The notes: a model not told the origin generated them from the letters alone. 64,000 bases of DNA from an uncultured Prevotellaceae bacterium (GCA_902776665.1 CACYQZ010000002.1:10329-74328); one strand, 5' to 3'. Positions 18,557 to 29,169 are shown, numbered from the stretch's first letter. Made by a program: numbers and translations.

Positions 18557-18564
18557 CAAAGGTA
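18557..18564 (-). promoter_or_regulatory. -7 element (TACCTTTG) for the STAS/PP2C operon
   Basis: Exact TAnnTTTG 30 nt upstream of the ATG at 18527; back-to-back with the mutS promoter. Confidence 0.6.
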
Positions 18565-18638
18565 CACTTTTTTGTTGAAAGTCCAAATTTCCGACGTTGT
18601 TTTTTTGCAAGAAATGTATTTTTTCCGATTTTTATTCG

Positions 18639-18646
18639 TACCTTTG
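18639..18646 (+). promoter_or_regulatory. -7 element (TACCTTTG) for mutS
   Basis: Exact TAnnTTTG upstream of the ATG at 18687. Confidence 0.6.
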
Positions 18647-18686
18647 CTTCTCGTAATTCGATTGTTGAAACATTTTTAGGAAAAAT

Positions 18687-21335
18687 ATGGCTACGAAAGA
18701 TAAAGGCTTGACGCCGATGATGAAACAGTTTTTCGCTTTCAAGGAGAAATATCCCGACGCGGTGCTGCTGTTTCGCTGCGGCGACTTCTACGAGACCTAC
18801 GGCGAGGATGCTGTCGTGGCATCGCGGATTCTGGGTATCACGCTCACGCGGCGCAACAACGGCGGAAATTCTGGCGACACAGAGATGGCGGGCTTTCCCC
18901 ATCACGCACTCGACACCTACCTGCCGAAACTGATTCGCGCAGGGCGGCGCGTAGCCATTTGCGACCAACTCGAAGACCCGAAACTGACGAAAACGCTCGT
19001 GAAACGCGGCGTGACCGAACTGGTGACGCCGGGTGTGGCGATGAGCGACAACGTGCTGAACTACAAGGAAAACAACTTTCTGGCTGCCGTGCATTTCGGG
19101 AAAACGGCCTGTGGTGTGGCGTTTCTCGACATTTCCACCGGCGAATTTCTGACGGGCGAGGGTGCCTACGACTATGTCGATAAACTTCTGGGCAATTTCC
19201 AACCGAAGGAAGTGCTTTATTGTCGCGAAAAAAAGGCCGATTTCGAGCGATATTTCGGGGCGTCGGGTAGGGCAGTGGCCTCGTTCTCGACTTTCGAACT
19301 CGACGACTGGGTTTTCACCGAGCAAACCGCCAACCAGAAACTGCTGAAGCACTTCGGAACGCACTCGTTGAAGGGCTTCGGCGTCGAACAACTGCGCAAC
19401 GGCGTGATTGCGGCTGGAGCAGTGATGCAATATCTCGAAATGACGCAGCACACGTCGGTCGGCCACATCACCCACCTACAACGCATCGAGGAAGATCAAT
19501 ACGTGCGACTCGACAAATTCACGATTCGCTCGCTCGAACTCGTACAACCGATGCAAGACGGCGGCATCTCGCTTTTCAACGTCATCGACCGCACGACTAC
19601 ACCGATGGGAGGCCGAATGTTGCACCGTTGGCTGGTGTTTCCATTGAAAGAAGTCACGCCCATCAACCATCGGCTCGACGTGGTGGATTATTTCTTCCGC
19701 GAACCAAATTTCCGCGAACTCATCGACCAACAACTGCAGCGCATCGGCGACCTCGAACGCATCATTTCGAAAGTGGCCGTCGGGCGCGTGTCGCCGCGTG
19801 AGGTCGTGCAACTGAAAAATGCACTGTTGGCCATCGAACCCATCAAAAAAGCGCTGGAACCCAAGGGTGGCTTGCCTGCTGCACTGACCGACATCGGCAA
19901 TCGCCTCAACCTCTGCGAAACCATCCGCGACCGCATCGCCCGCGAAATCCAGCCCGACCCACCGCAACTGGTGTCGAAAGGCAACGTCATCGCACGCGGT
20001 TTCAACAGCGAACTCGACGAACTGCGCAACATTTCGTCGAACGGACGCAGTTATCTTCTTCAGATTCAGGAACGCGAGAGCCAACAAACGGGCATTCCGT
20101 CGCTGAAAGTCGGCTACAACAACGTTTTCGGCTATTATCTCGAAGTCAGAAACACCTATAAAGACAAAGTTCCGCAGGAATGGATTCGCAAGCAGACGCT
20201 GGCGCAGGCCGAGCGCTACATCACGCCCGAACTGAAGGAATACGAGGAGAAAATCCTCGGTGCCGACGAGAAAATTCTCGCGATGGAAGAGCGACTGTTC
20301 AACGAACTGGTGGTGGCGATGCAGGATTTCATTCCGCAGATTCAGGTGAATGCCGCGCTCGTCGCCCGACTCGACTGTCTGCTGTCGTTTGCGAAGATTG
20401 CCGAGGAAAACCGCTATGTGCGACCCGTCATCAGCGACGACGACGTGCTCGACATCCGACAGGGTCGCCATCCCGTCATCGAACAGCAACTGCCACTCGG
20501 CGAACACTACGTTCCCAACGACATCGAACTCGACACCGAACAACAGCAAATCATCATCATCACGGGTCCAAATATGGCGGGTAAATCGGCTCTTTTGCGC
20601 CAAACAGCCCTCATCACGATTCTCGCCCAGATGGGCTCTTTCGTGCCTGCCGAGAGCGCGAAAATCGGTCTTGTCGATAAGATTTTCACGCGTGTCGGTG
20701 CCAGCGACAACATTTCACTCGGCGAATCGACGTTTATGGTCGAAATGACCGAGGCCGCCGACATTCTCAACAATGTCACACCGCGCTCGCTCGTGCTGTT
20801 CGACGAACTCGGACGCGGCACCTCGACCTACGACGGCATCAGCATCGCGTGGGCCATCGTCGAGCACCTGCACGAACACCCGAAAGCGCGTGCGCGAACG
20901 CTTTTCGCCACCCACTACCACGAACTCAACGAGATGGAACGGTCGTTCCGCCGCATCAAAAACTACAATGTGTCGGTGAAAGAGGTCGATGGAAAGGTGA
21001 TTTTCCTGCGCAAACTCGAACGTGGCGGCTCGGAACACTCGTTTGGTATCCACGTGGCCGACATCGCCGGAATGCCGAAGTCGATTGTGAAGCGGGCCAA
21101 CGTGATTCTCGGGGAATTGGAGGGAAAGTCGAAGGGAACTCAACACCCATCACCTATCACCCACCACCCGTCGTCCGACACCCGCGAGGGAATGCAACTC
21201 TCATTCTTCCAACTCGACGACCCCGTACTCAGCCAGATTCGCGACGAAATCCTCGGTCTCGACATCAACAACCTCACACCCGTCGAAGCTCTCAACAAAC
21301 TCAACGACATCAAGAAAATCGTGGGAGGGAAATAA
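18687..21335 (+). CDS. mutS: DNA mismatch repair protein MutS
   Basis: [15 protein letters not shown], Walker [27 protein letters not shown]-terminal QLSFF clamp-binding motif. Confidence 0.98.
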   Translation: MATKDKGLTPMMKQFFAFKEKYPDAVLLFRCGDFYETYGEDAVVASRILGITLTRRNNGGNSGDTEMAGFPHHALDTYLPKLIRAGRRVAICDQLEDPKLTKTLVKRGVTELVTPGVAMSDNVLNYKENNFLAAVHFGKTACGVAFLDISTGEFLTGEGAYDYVDKLLGNFQPKEVLYCREKKADFERYFGASGRAVASFSTFELDDWVFTEQTANQKLLKHFGTHSLKGFGVEQLRNGVIAAGAVMQYLEMTQHTSVGHITHLQRIEEDQYVRLDKFTIRSLELVQPMQDGGISLFNVIDRTTTPMGGRMLHRWLVFPLKEVTPINHRLDVVDYFFREPNFRELIDQQLQRIGDLERIISKVAVGRVSPREVVQLKNALLAIEPIKKALEPKGGLPAALTDIGNRLNLCETIRDRIAREIQPDPPQLVSKGNVIARGFNSELDELRNISSNGRSYLLQIQERESQQTGIPSLKVGYNNVFGYYLEVRNTYKDKVPQEWIRKQTLAQAERYITPELKEYEEKILGADEKILAMEERLFNELVVAMQDFIPQIQVNAALVARLDCLLSFAKIAEENRYVRPVISDDDVLDIRQGRHPVIEQQLPLGEHYVPNDIELDTEQQQIIIITGPNMAGKSALLRQTALITILAQMGSFVPAESAKIGLVDKIFTRVGASDNISLGESTFMVEMTEAADILNNVTPRSLVLFDELGRGTSTYDGISIAWAIVEHLHEHPKARARTLFATHYHELNEMERSFRRIKNYNVSVKEVDGKVIFLRKLERGGSEHSFGIHVADIAGMPKSIVKRANVILGELEGKSKGTQHPSPITHHPSSDTREGMQLSFFQLDDPVLSQIRDEILGLDINNLTPVEALNKLNDIKKIVGGK
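21137..21185 (+). repeat. Degenerate CACCCAT-type heptamer repeat inside mutS
   Basis: aactcaa cacccat cacctat cacccac cacccgt cgtccga cacccgc; encodes [16 protein letters not shown]. Confidence 0.8.
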
Positions 21336-21362
21336 CATTCCACCCAAAAATGGGGAGGAGAC

Positions 21363-21400
21363 AAAAAAGTCCGAACCGCCAATCGATTCGGACATTTTTT
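21363..21400. terminator. Probable bidirectional terminator between convergent mutS and the GH20 gene
   Basis: AAAAAA-GTCCGAA...TTCGGAC-A-TTTTTT inverted repeat with A and T tails. Confidence 0.65.
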
Positions 21401-21454
21401 GTTTTTAAAGAGGAAAATTGTCGAACTGAATTGTATCATCCAACTTGCTACTCG

Positions 21455-23476
21455 TCAAAGTTTCCGAACCTCCAAATTCGTCACGCGACTCTTGAAATTG
21501 CCTGCTTTTTCGAGCGGGAACACGAGCGTGGCGACGTAGAACATTCGACGCGTGGGCACATAGACGGTCGTGTGGTAGGGCGCGTCGGGCATCGTGTTCA
21601 GCGGTTCGCCAACGGAATAGGCATCGCGCTTGCGAAGGGTTTCGCGGTGGCGATTATTGACGAAAAGACGGGTTTCTGCGTTGGTTCCCTCGACTCGGAT
21701 GCTGACACGACCGGTTTCGGGCAGTTTGTAGTTGAATTTGTTGAGATAGCCGTCGCGACTGAACGCCAAGCGACCCGTTTCGGGGTCGCCGAGGTAGAAC
21801 GTGGCATTTTCGCCAGTGGTCAGAATCGTGCCATTGGCCTCGGTTGCGCAGTCGATGTCGAAAGAAACGGCGTAGTCGTAGCCGGCTTCCATCATTGAAT
21901 TTTGAATTTTGAATTTTGAATTTTGAATTTTTAGATTCAGTGGCTGACCAGCCTCCACAACATCGAGTTTTACGGGGGTTTCAGGCAGTCTGCCGAGTTC
22001 ATTCACCGCCGGCCCTTCGCTGAGTTCGAGTCGTTTTTTGTCGAATGTTTCATAGGGCAACGATGTCAATTGGCCCGTCCAACACTTCGTCGAGAAGGTG
22101 TGCATCGCGGGATAGAGGCGATGGTGGATGTCTTTCGTGGAAATGCCGTTGCCGTAGTGGTCGTTCCAGACGGCAAACATACCGCCTTCCAACTGCGGAT
22201 GTTGCTCGGCGACAGGCTTTCCGAAGAGCGTCGCAGGCGTCCACGACTCGTAAAGCCATTTGCAATTCAGGTAGTCGTAATAATAGCCGGCGGCAGGCAC
22301 AATGTAGTTGTAGCGGTCGGGAATGGAAAGAATGCGATAGCCGAGTTTCATCATCGAGTCGGGCTCGGCGTAATCGGTTGACCAACAAGCCATTAGCACG
22401 TTTTCGTGGCGAATGGGCGTTTTTCCCTTTGCGTGGGTGAGCGAACCCCAGACCATCGGCTGTTTGCCATATTTTTCGATGAGGGCGAGGTAATAATCGG
22501 TGTAGGCACGGAACTGCTCGACCACCTCTTTGTCGCGGTTGGAATATTCGTCGGTGCCGATATTCACACGCGGACCACGGAACACAGGGTTCTTACCCGT
22601 GAGATATTCGGCGAAAAGACCGTCCATAAACGTGTAGATTTCGGGATTCGAGAGGTTGAAATGGTCCATTCCATACTCTTTCGAGCCGAGTTCGGGACGA
22701 TATTGCGTAAAGGCGAGAACGTGCGCCGGTGCGTCGATTTCGGGGATGATTTCCACGTACAACGACTCGGCGAGTTTCTGCAATTCGATGAATTCGGCCT
22801 TCGTATAGTGACCGTCTTTGGCGGCGAGACCGGGATAGGTGTCGCACTCGAGGCGGAACGCGGCTGAAGTCTTCATCCAGTCGTTCTCGAAATACTGCGG
22901 AAAACCGTTGTCGTTCAGGTGCAGTTGCAGCGTGTTCATCTTATAATACGCCATCACTTTCACGAGGTTGCGCAGGTAATGCATCGGCACGAATTTACGG
23001 CCTACATCGAGCATAAAACCGCGCATTTTATATTGCGGAATGTCGGAAATTGTTCCTTTCGGGAGTGTGGAGTGTGTTTCGAGGATTTGCAGCAGCGTGC
23101 GCGTGGCCCAGAAAGCGCCGATTTCGGCAGGCGACGCCACTTCGACAATGTCGCCAATCGTCATCTGATAACCCTCCGACGGCATCGTGTCGAGTTTTTT
23201 CAGCGTCAAAACGATGTCGCCTTTCTTGGCTTTTCCACCGACGAGGGTCAGTTTTTGGCCAAACATCACTTCATAGTCGGCGGCAAACTGCTTGGCGACG
23301 GTTTGCAGCGCTTTCGACTTGACAACGACGCGACCGCTGAGCGTGGTCGAGCCCTGTCCACCCGTCCATTGCGTAATTTCGGGCACCGTAAAAGGCTTTT
23401 CGTTGGTTGCCGACTGTGAAAAAACTTGCGTGACAGCCCAAAAACAGGCCATTGTTAAGAATACGATTCGTTTCAT
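21455..23476 (-). CDS. Glycoside hydrolase family 20 (beta-N-acetylhexosaminidase-like)
   Basis: Signal peptide; RGFMLDVGRK, LHLND, IIPEIDAPAH, catalytic NIGTDE, GGMFAVWND. Confidence 0.9.
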   Translation of the reverse strand: MKRIVFLTMACFWAVTQVFSQSATNEKPFTVPEITQWTGGQGSTTLSGRVVVKSKALQTVAKQFAADYEVMFGQKLTLVGGKAKKGDIVLTLKKLDTMPSEGYQMTIGDIVEVASPAEIGAFWATRTLLQILETHSTLPKGTISDIPQYKMRGFMLDVGRKFVPMHYLRNLVKVMAYYKMNTLQLHLNDNGFPQYFENDWMKTSAAFRLECDTYPGLAAKDGHYTKAEFIELQKLAESLYVEIIPEIDAPAHVLAFTQYRPELGSKEYGMDHFNLSNPEIYTFMDGLFAEYLTGKNPVFRGPRVNIGTDEYSNRDKEVVEQFRAYTDYYLALIEKYGKQPMVWGSLTHAKGKTPIRHENVLMACWSTDYAEPDSMMKLGYRILSIPDRYNYIVPAAGYYYDYLNCKWLYESWTPATLFGKPVAEQHPQLEGGMFAVWNDHYGNGISTKDIHHRLYPAMHTFSTKCWTGQLTSLPYETFDKKRLELSEGPAVNELGRLPETPVKLDVVEAGQPLNLKIQNSKFKIQNSMMEAGYDYAVSFDIDCATEANGTILTTGENATFYLGDPETGRLAFSRDGYLNKFNYKLPETGRVSIRVEGTNAETRLFVNNRHRETLRKRDAYSVGEPLNTMPDAPYHTTVYVPTRRMFYVATLVFPLEKAGNFKSRVTNLEVRKL
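21897..21931 (-). repeat. Five perfect copies of AAAATTC inside the GH20 gene
   Basis: Plus strand (GAATTTT)x5; encodes KIQNSKFKIQNS. Confidence 0.92.
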
Positions 23477-23514
23477 AGGTCTAAATTTTATGTAATTGTT
23501 TGATTTTCAATGTT

Positions 23515-24837
23515 TTATTTCACCAATTCGCCGATGAGCGTGGCGGCAGTGCTGCTCGTGATTCTGACGCGGACAATTTCGGAAGGATGATGGCCGCCCT
23601 TGTCGAAAACAACCATTTTTCCCTGTTCCGTGCGACCGCAAAGCTGCTGTCGCGAACGCTTCGAATAGCCCTCGACCAACACGTCGAACTCCTTGCCGAC
23701 ATCGCGCAGGTTTGACTGTGCCGAAAGGTCGTTTTGCAACTGAATCACCTCGTTCAACCGCCTCAATTTCACCTCTTCAGGCACATCGTCGGGCAGGTGT
23801 TTCGCCGCATAGGTGCCCGGTCGTTCGGAATATTTGAACATAAAAGCCGAGTCGAAATGCACCTCGCGCATCAGCGAAAGTGTCTGCTCATGGTCGTCCT
23901 CGGTTTCGCTGTGATAGCCCACGAAAACATCGGTCGAGAGGCCACAGTCGGGCACGATTCGACGAATCGCCGCCACGCGCTCCAAATACCATTCGCGGGT
24001 GTATTTCCGATTCATCAGTTCGAGAATTCGGTTCGAGCCCGACTGCACGGGCAGGTGAATCTGCTTGCAGATGTTCGGTTCCTCGGCTATGACATGCAGC
24101 GTGGCATCGCTCATATCTTTCGGATGGCTCGTCGTGAAGCGCACGCGCAGTTCGGGCGCAGTTCGGGCGACAAGCCGAAGCAGTTCGGGGAATCGAATAT
24201 CTCCTCGTTCCTCGTTCCTCGCACAATAAGAATTCACATTTTGACCCAACAGCGTCACCTCCTTGAAACCTTTTTCCTTCAAGTCGCGCACCTCGCGCAA
24301 AATGCTCTCCACATCGCGACTGCGCTCACGACCTCGCGTGTAGGGCACAATGCAATAATGGCAGAAATTGTTGCAGCCGCGCATGATGCTGACATAGCCC
24401 GAAATGCGGTTGCCACTGATGCGCTGCGGCACGATGTCGCGGTAGGTTTCGCTCGTCGAAAGGTCGATGTCGATGGCTTTCTGACCCGCTTCGACCTGCG
24501 CAATGAGGTCGGGCAGTCGTAGATAGGCGTCGGGACCAGCCACGAGGTCGGCGTGGTGGTTTTCAAGCAGGTCTTCTTTCACGCGCTCGGCCATACAACC
24601 CAAAACGCCGACTATCAACGAACCTTTTTTCTTCCGCGTCGCATTCAGTTCGGCCAGTCGATGGTAAATCTTGTTTTCGGCATTTTCGCGCACCGAACAA
24701 GTGTTCAAAAACACCGCATCGGCCTCATCGGCATTGTCGCAAGGCTCGTAGCCCGCCATTTGCATCACCGACGCAACCACCTCAGAATCAGCCACATTCA
24801 TCTGGCAGCCGTAGGTTTCGATATATAATTTTTTCAT
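23515..24837 (-). CDS. miaB: tRNA-2-methylthio-N6-dimethylallyladenosine synthase MiaB
   Basis: ETYGCQMN, LNTCSVRE, GVLGCMA, radical-SAM CNNFCHYC, C-terminal TRAM domain. Confidence 0.97.
   Translation of the reverse strand: MKKLYIETYGCQMNVADSEVVASVMQMAGYEPCDNADEADAVFLNTCSVRENAENKIYHRLAELNATRKKKGSLIVGVLGCMAERVKEDLLENHHADLVAGPDAYLRLPDLIAQVEAGQKAIDIDLSTSETYRDIVPQRISGNRISGYVSIMRGCNNFCHYCIVPYTRGRERSRDVESILREVRDLKEKGFKEVTLLGQNVNSYCARNEERGDIRFPELLRLVARTAPELRVRFTTSHPKDMSDATLHVIAEEPNICKQIHLPVQSGSNRILELMNRKYTREWYLERVAAIRRIVPDCGLSTDVFVGYHSETEDDHEQTLSLMREVHFDSAFMFKYSERPGTYAAKHLPDDVPEEVKLRRLNEVIQLQNDLSAQSNLRDVGKEFDVLVEGYSKRSRQQLCGRTEQGKMVVFDKGGHHPSEIVRVRITSSTAATLIGELVK
24201..24221 (-). repeat. Short CGAGGAA-type heptamer repeat (x3) inside miaB
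   Basis: Coding strand cgaggaa cgaggaa cgaggag; encodes RNEERG. Confidence 0.6.
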
Positions 24838-24863
24838 CTTTTTACCTTAAAAAATCGTTTCGA

Positions 24864-25847
24864 CTATTGTTTGAAATATCTTGACAGATAACTGAATAAC
24901 ATAAAGAATGCGATTCCTGCGAAAAGTCCTGCTACGCTATCGACAACGTAATGTGCCTGAATATAGACCGTTGCGAAAAACATCAACACAGCGAAAGGCA
25001 GTAAGCACCAGAAAAGCAGTTGCCGATGCGACTGCGCTTTCCACGCCAAAAACAGCAAAACAACTGTAATGCCGACGTGCGACGAGGGGAACGCCGCCGT
25101 GGGTCGCTCGCCTGCCTGATGGGCATTCTCAACCATTCGATAGAAAATTCCCTTCGACCACCCCGGACTGGCGATGCGCTCGGTGTGGTGGTAGAAATAG
25201 TCGCCCACCGAGTCGAACTGGGCGGCAAGCACCTTATCGGGACCGATGGCTAAATAGTAATATTGCGGACCTGTGACGGGCAGGAAAATGAAAATCACGT
25301 AGAAGAGGAAAAACGACGCCATCAAGATGAAGGACATCGTGGTGAAGTCGTTGTAACGATAGAAAAAATAGTAGAATGTCACGACAGCAATCATCGGGAA
25401 ATACGAGGCGTAGCCCAAATCCATCAGTTCGCTGAACCACGGCCACGGCATTCGCTGCGAAAAGAGTAGGGCAGGCTGGTAGCCGAAGAAATTCTGGTCG
25501 GCCTGCGCGAAAATCGGGTCGAGATTCGGCAGGATTCTATTGAGTTCGTAGGTGTCGGGATACCACCACGCCAACAATGCCAACTGCGCCACCACACGGG
25601 CCATTCGCGTCAGTGGACAGGGTGCGAGGCGATAGACAAACCAAAGCGCTACGATGATGGCGAGGATGCGCACGCGACCGACAATCATCGCGTGGGCGTG
25701 GGGCAGTTTCGTGTAGGTGAAAAAAATGAACAACAGGGTCAGCAGCGTGTAGGCCACAACCACCCATTCAAAGGCCAGCAAGCCCTTCACTGGTTTTTTC
25801 TCCAAACAGAATATCTTTTTCAACCCAAGTGCCTTGTTTTTTGCCAT
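24864..25847 (-). CDS. PAP2-family (AUR1/IPC-synthase-like) membrane phosphatase or phosphotransferase
   Basis: Multi-TM; LPVTGPQYY, AAFPSSH and QAHYVVDS catalytic motifs; start set at MAKNKALG. Confidence 0.85.
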   Translation of the reverse strand: MAKNKALGLKKIFCLEKKPVKGLLAFEWVVVAYTLLTLLFIFFTYTKLPHAHAMIVGRVRILAIIVALWFVYRLAPCPLTRMARVVAQLALLAWWYPDTYELNRILPNLDPIFAQADQNFFGYQPALLFSQRMPWPWFSELMDLGYASYFPMIAVVTFYYFFYRYNDFTTMSFILMASFFLFYVIFIFLPVTGPQYYYLAIGPDKVLAAQFDSVGDYFYHHTERIASPGWSKGIFYRMVENAHQAGERPTAAFPSSHVGITVVLLFLAWKAQSHRQLLFWCLLPFAVLMFFATVYIQAHYVVDSVAGLFAGIAFFMLFSYLSRYFKQ

Positions 25848-25878
25848 ATTTTTTCGATTTTTCTTTGTCAAACCTCGT

Positions 25879-26889
25879 TTAAAGCCATCCATTCTCCTTG
25901 TACCACGCAATGGTTTCCTTCACGCCACGCTCCAGTTGATAGTGCGGTTCGTAGCCCAATTCGCGACGCGCCGGATCGATGTCGCAACGCCAGTTTCGCT
26001 GTTTCAGAATGTGGTATTTATCGTTGTTCAATGCCGTTACGCGACCTGTCAGCCGACCGACCAAATCGCCGCACGACGTGATGATTCTCAACAGCCAAAT
26101 CGGGGCTTTCAGCCGCAGACACCACGGATTGCCGAGTTCTTTTCGAATCAAGTCGCTGAATGCTGACGACTGATAGACGTTGCCATCGCTCAAAAAGTAA
26201 CTCCGACCCGTTTCACCGCGGTCGAAAGCGAGAAAAACAGCCTGCACCACGTCTTTCACATAGACAAACGTGAGGTCCTGCTGCTTGAAACCGGCTGCAA
26301 AATCGACGTGGCCGCGAATCGACTTCGCCATCATAAAATAGTCCTTTTCACGCGGTCCATAGACGCCCGTCGGACGCAAAATCACGTATGGAAAACCCAT
26401 TTGCTTGCCATTTTCCTCCAGAAATTTCTCTGCCAAAAGTTTGCTTCGCCCGTAGGCTGTGTTCGGCTGCGGCTCGTCGGTGTCGAGAATCTCCGTGTAG
26501 GGCTGACCTTCGCGAATCGGTCCGAAAATACTCAGCGAACTCAGGTAGATAAAGCGTTTCAGCGGCATTTTCGTCGCCTGCAACGCCTCCACGAGAAACA
26601 TCGTTCCCCGCGTATTCACAAAGAAAAATTGGTTTTCGTCGGTCGTTTTTGTCAGTCCTGCGGCGTGAATCACGTAGTCGAACCTATGCTCGCCCAACTG
26701 CTCAACCAAACGTGCCTTTGAATTCAAGTCGAGTTCGATGAAACGGATGCGTTCGTCGCACAGAAATTGCCGCGAACTGCCTTTTCGCACGGCCGCCCAC
26801 ACCTCAAAGCCTCGCGCCAATGCTTCCTCGACAATAAAACTGCCGATAAATCCGCTGGCTCCTGTGACAAGAATTCTTTGTTGTTCCAT
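25879..26889 (-). CDS. NAD(P)-dependent epimerase/dehydratase (extended SDR)
   Basis: ILVTGASGFIG, HAAGLT, catalytic YGRSK, LRPTGVYGP; start set at MEQQR. Confidence 0.9.
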   Translation of the reverse strand: MEQQRILVTGASGFIGSFIVEEALARGFEVWAAVRKGSSRQFLCDERIRFIELDLNSKARLVEQLGEHRFDYVIHAAGLTKTTDENQFFFVNTRGTMFLVEALQATKMPLKRFIYLSSLSIFGPIREGQPYTEILDTDEPQPNTAYGRSKLLAEKFLEENGKQMGFPYVILRPTGVYGPREKDYFMMAKSIRGHVDFAAGFKQQDLTFVYVKDVVQAVFLAFDRGETGRSYFLSDGNVYQSSAFSDLIRKELGNPWCLRLKAPIWLLRIITSCGDLVGRLTGRVTALNNDKYHILKQRNWRCDIDPARRELGYEPHYQLERGVKETIAWYKENGWL

Positions 26890-26890
26890 A

Positions 26891-27910
26891 TTACTTTTCA
26901 TACGCGGCTGCTTCGGCCGCTGCAATGATTTCTTCGCGGGATTGTTCGCGAGCGGAAATGTCGCTCAAGTCAAATTCTTCGTCATCGAGAATCGACACGG
27001 GGATTTTGTCGTCTTCGGTGACGATTTTTTGCTTCTTTTCGGGCATTTTCGGGGTCGATTCTTCTTGATTCATGGCCTCAACAGAACCTTCTTCCTCGAT
27101 TTTCGGCACCGCCGTGGCTGGTTCCTCTTCCATCTTCGTGCGATTGCTCTTGGCAGCAAACACCTCGTCGATGAATTGGGGTTTGCGACGCAGTTGTTCG
27201 AGGGTCAATTTCGAGGCTTTCTGTTGACTTTCCTTCTTGCTGTAGCCCGTCGCCGAACAGCCTTCGACACCTTCCAACAGCACCTGATATTCAAAAACAG
27301 GACTTCCTTTGTCGCTTTTCTGGCTGAGCAGTCGAAATTCAATTTTCACGCGGTTTTTCTGCGTCCATTCGAGCAGTTTCGACTTGAAATTCACTTCCTT
27401 GTAAGCCACTTTGTCGATGTTAATCATCTGTTTCAAAATGCGCTTTTTCATAAATTTCATACAAGCATCGTAGCCTTGGTCGAGATAAATCGCGCCGACA
27501 AGTGCCTCGAAAGCGTTGCCGCCCATATAGTTGTTGTGGTTTTGATTCTGCGCAGCGGCTTTAATCAACTCGTTGATTCCCATTTCGTTAGCGAGTTTTC
27601 CGAGTGTTTCGCGTTGCACGAGTTTCGAGCGCGTGTTGGTCAGGAATCCCTCGCGTTTTCCGGGGAAATGTCGATAGACGATGTCGCCCACGACTGCCGA
27701 AAGAATTGCATCGCCAAGGAATTCCAACCGCTCGTTGTTGACGGGTTTTCCCTTGTCGTTGCGCTTCGCTGCACTGCTGTGGAGCAGGGCTGTCCGATAA
27801 TAGTCAATGTGGTTCGGATAAAAGCCCAGAATCTCGTAAAGACACGAATAAAGCTCCTTATCCTTGCGGAAAGGGAGCTTTACACGTGCTATCAAATGAC
27901 TAATCTGCAT
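26891..27910 (-). CDS. rnc: Ribonuclease III with acidic C-terminal extension
   Basis: NNERLEFLGDAIL signature; NAFEALVGAIYLD; dsRBD NFKSKLLEW...GYSKKESQQKA. Confidence 0.96.
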   Translation of the reverse strand: MQISHLIARVKLPFRKDKELYSCLYEILGFYPNHIDYYRTALLHSSAAKRNDKGKPVNNERLEFLGDAILSAVVGDIVYRHFPGKREGFLTNTRSKLVQRETLGKLANEMGINELIKAAAQNQNHNNYMGGNAFEALVGAIYLDQGYDACMKFMKKRILKQMINIDKVAYKEVNFKSKLLEWTQKNRVKIEFRLLSQKSDKGSPVFEYQVLLEGVEGCSATGYSKKESQQKASKLTLEQLRRKPQFIDEVFAAKSNRTKMEEEPATAVPKIEEEGSVEAMNQEESTPKMPEKKQKIVTEDDKIPVSILDDEEFDLSDISAREQSREEIIAAAEAAAYEK

Positions 27911-29162
27911 ATTTCTTGAATACTACGCAGGCGTTGTGGCCGCCGAATCCAAACGTGTTGCTGATGGCTGCCCTCACTTCGCGCTTCTGCGCCTTGTTGA
28001 ACGTATAATTCAGATTGTAGTCGATTTCCGGGTCGATGTCGTCGTCGGCATGGTTGATGGTCGGCGGAACGATGTCGTTTTTCACCGCCAACAGTGCCAC
28101 GATGGCCTCCACTGCACCGGCTGCGCCGAGCAAATGGCCTGTCATCGACTTCGTGGAAGAGATGTTCAGTTTGTAGGCTGCCTCGCCAAAAACGTCCTTG
28201 ATGGCTTTCACCTCGGAAATGTCGCCGACGGGCGTACTCGTGCCGTGAACATTGATGTAGTCGATGTCTTCGGGCTTCAAACCGGCATCGCTGAGGGCAT
28301 TTTCCATCACAAGTCTCGCACCGAGACCTTCGGGATGGCTGGCGGTGATGTGGAAAGCATCGCCGCTGAGTCCTTCACCCACCATTTCGGCGTAAATCTT
28401 TGCGCCGCGAGCCTTCGCGTGCTCCAATTCCTCAAGGATGATGCAACCGGCACCTTCGGCCATCACGAATCCGTCGCGAGAAGCACTGAACGGACGACTG
28501 GCTCCAGCGGGGTCGTCGTTGCGCGTCGAAAGGGCGTGCATCGCGTTGAAACCGCCGACGCCACACATACAGATGGCACTCTCGGCACCACCGGCGAGAA
28601 TGGCGTTGGCCTTGCCCAAGCGAATCAGGTTGAAGGCATCGGCCAAAGCGTTGCTCGACGATGCACAGGCACTCGTCGTGGCGAAATTCGGACCGTGGAA
28701 ACCGTAGTAGATGGAAATATGACCGGCGGCAATGTCGCTGATCATCTTCGGGATGAAGAACGGCGAGAATTTCGGCCCGTCTTCTACGTGCTGGGCATAA
28801 TACATCACCTCGTCTTCAAACGTCTTGATACCGCCGATTCCAACGCCATAGACGACGCCGATGCGGTTCTTATCGACCTTTTCCAAGTCCATTCCGCTGT
28901 CGTTGACGGCCTGCATCGCCGAAATCATGGCGATTTGCGTATAGCGGTCGAGTTTGCGGGCTTCCTTGCGGTCGAGCCATTCATTGATGTCCAAATTCTT
29001 GACCTCACAAGCGAAATGGGTCTTGCATTTGGAACTATCGAAATGCGTAATAGGCGCGGCTCCGCTCACACCGTCGAGGAGGTTTTTCCACATTTCCTCC
29101 ACCGAATTTCCGACGGGTGTCACGGCTCCAAGGCCTGTTACAACTACTCTTTTCAATTCCAT
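27900..29162 (-). CDS. fabF: 3-oxoacyl-ACP synthase II
   Basis: VVVTGLG, active-site SACASS, NVHGTSTPVGD, TKSMTGHLLGAAG, NTFGFGG. Confidence 0.97.
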   Translation of the reverse strand: MELKRVVVTGLGAVTPVGNSVEEMWKNLLDGVSGAAPITHFDSSKCKTHFACEVKNLDINEWLDRKEARKLDRYTQIAMISAMQAVNDSGMDLEKVDKNRIGVVYGVGIGGIKTFEDEVMYYAQHVEDGPKFSPFFIPKMISDIAAGHISIYYGFHGPNFATTSACASSSNALADAFNLIRLGKANAILAGGAESAICMCGVGGFNAMHALSTRNDDPAGASRPFSASRDGFVMAEGAGCIILEELEHAKARGAKIYAEMVGEGLSGDAFHITASHPEGLGARLVMENALSDAGLKPEDIDYINVHGTSTPVGDISEVKAIKDVFGEAAYKLNISSTKSMTGHLLGAAGAVEAIVALLAVKNDIVPPTINHADDDIDPEIDYNLNYTFNKAQKREVRAAISNTFGFGGHNACVVFKKYAD

Positions 29163-29169
29163 AGTATCA

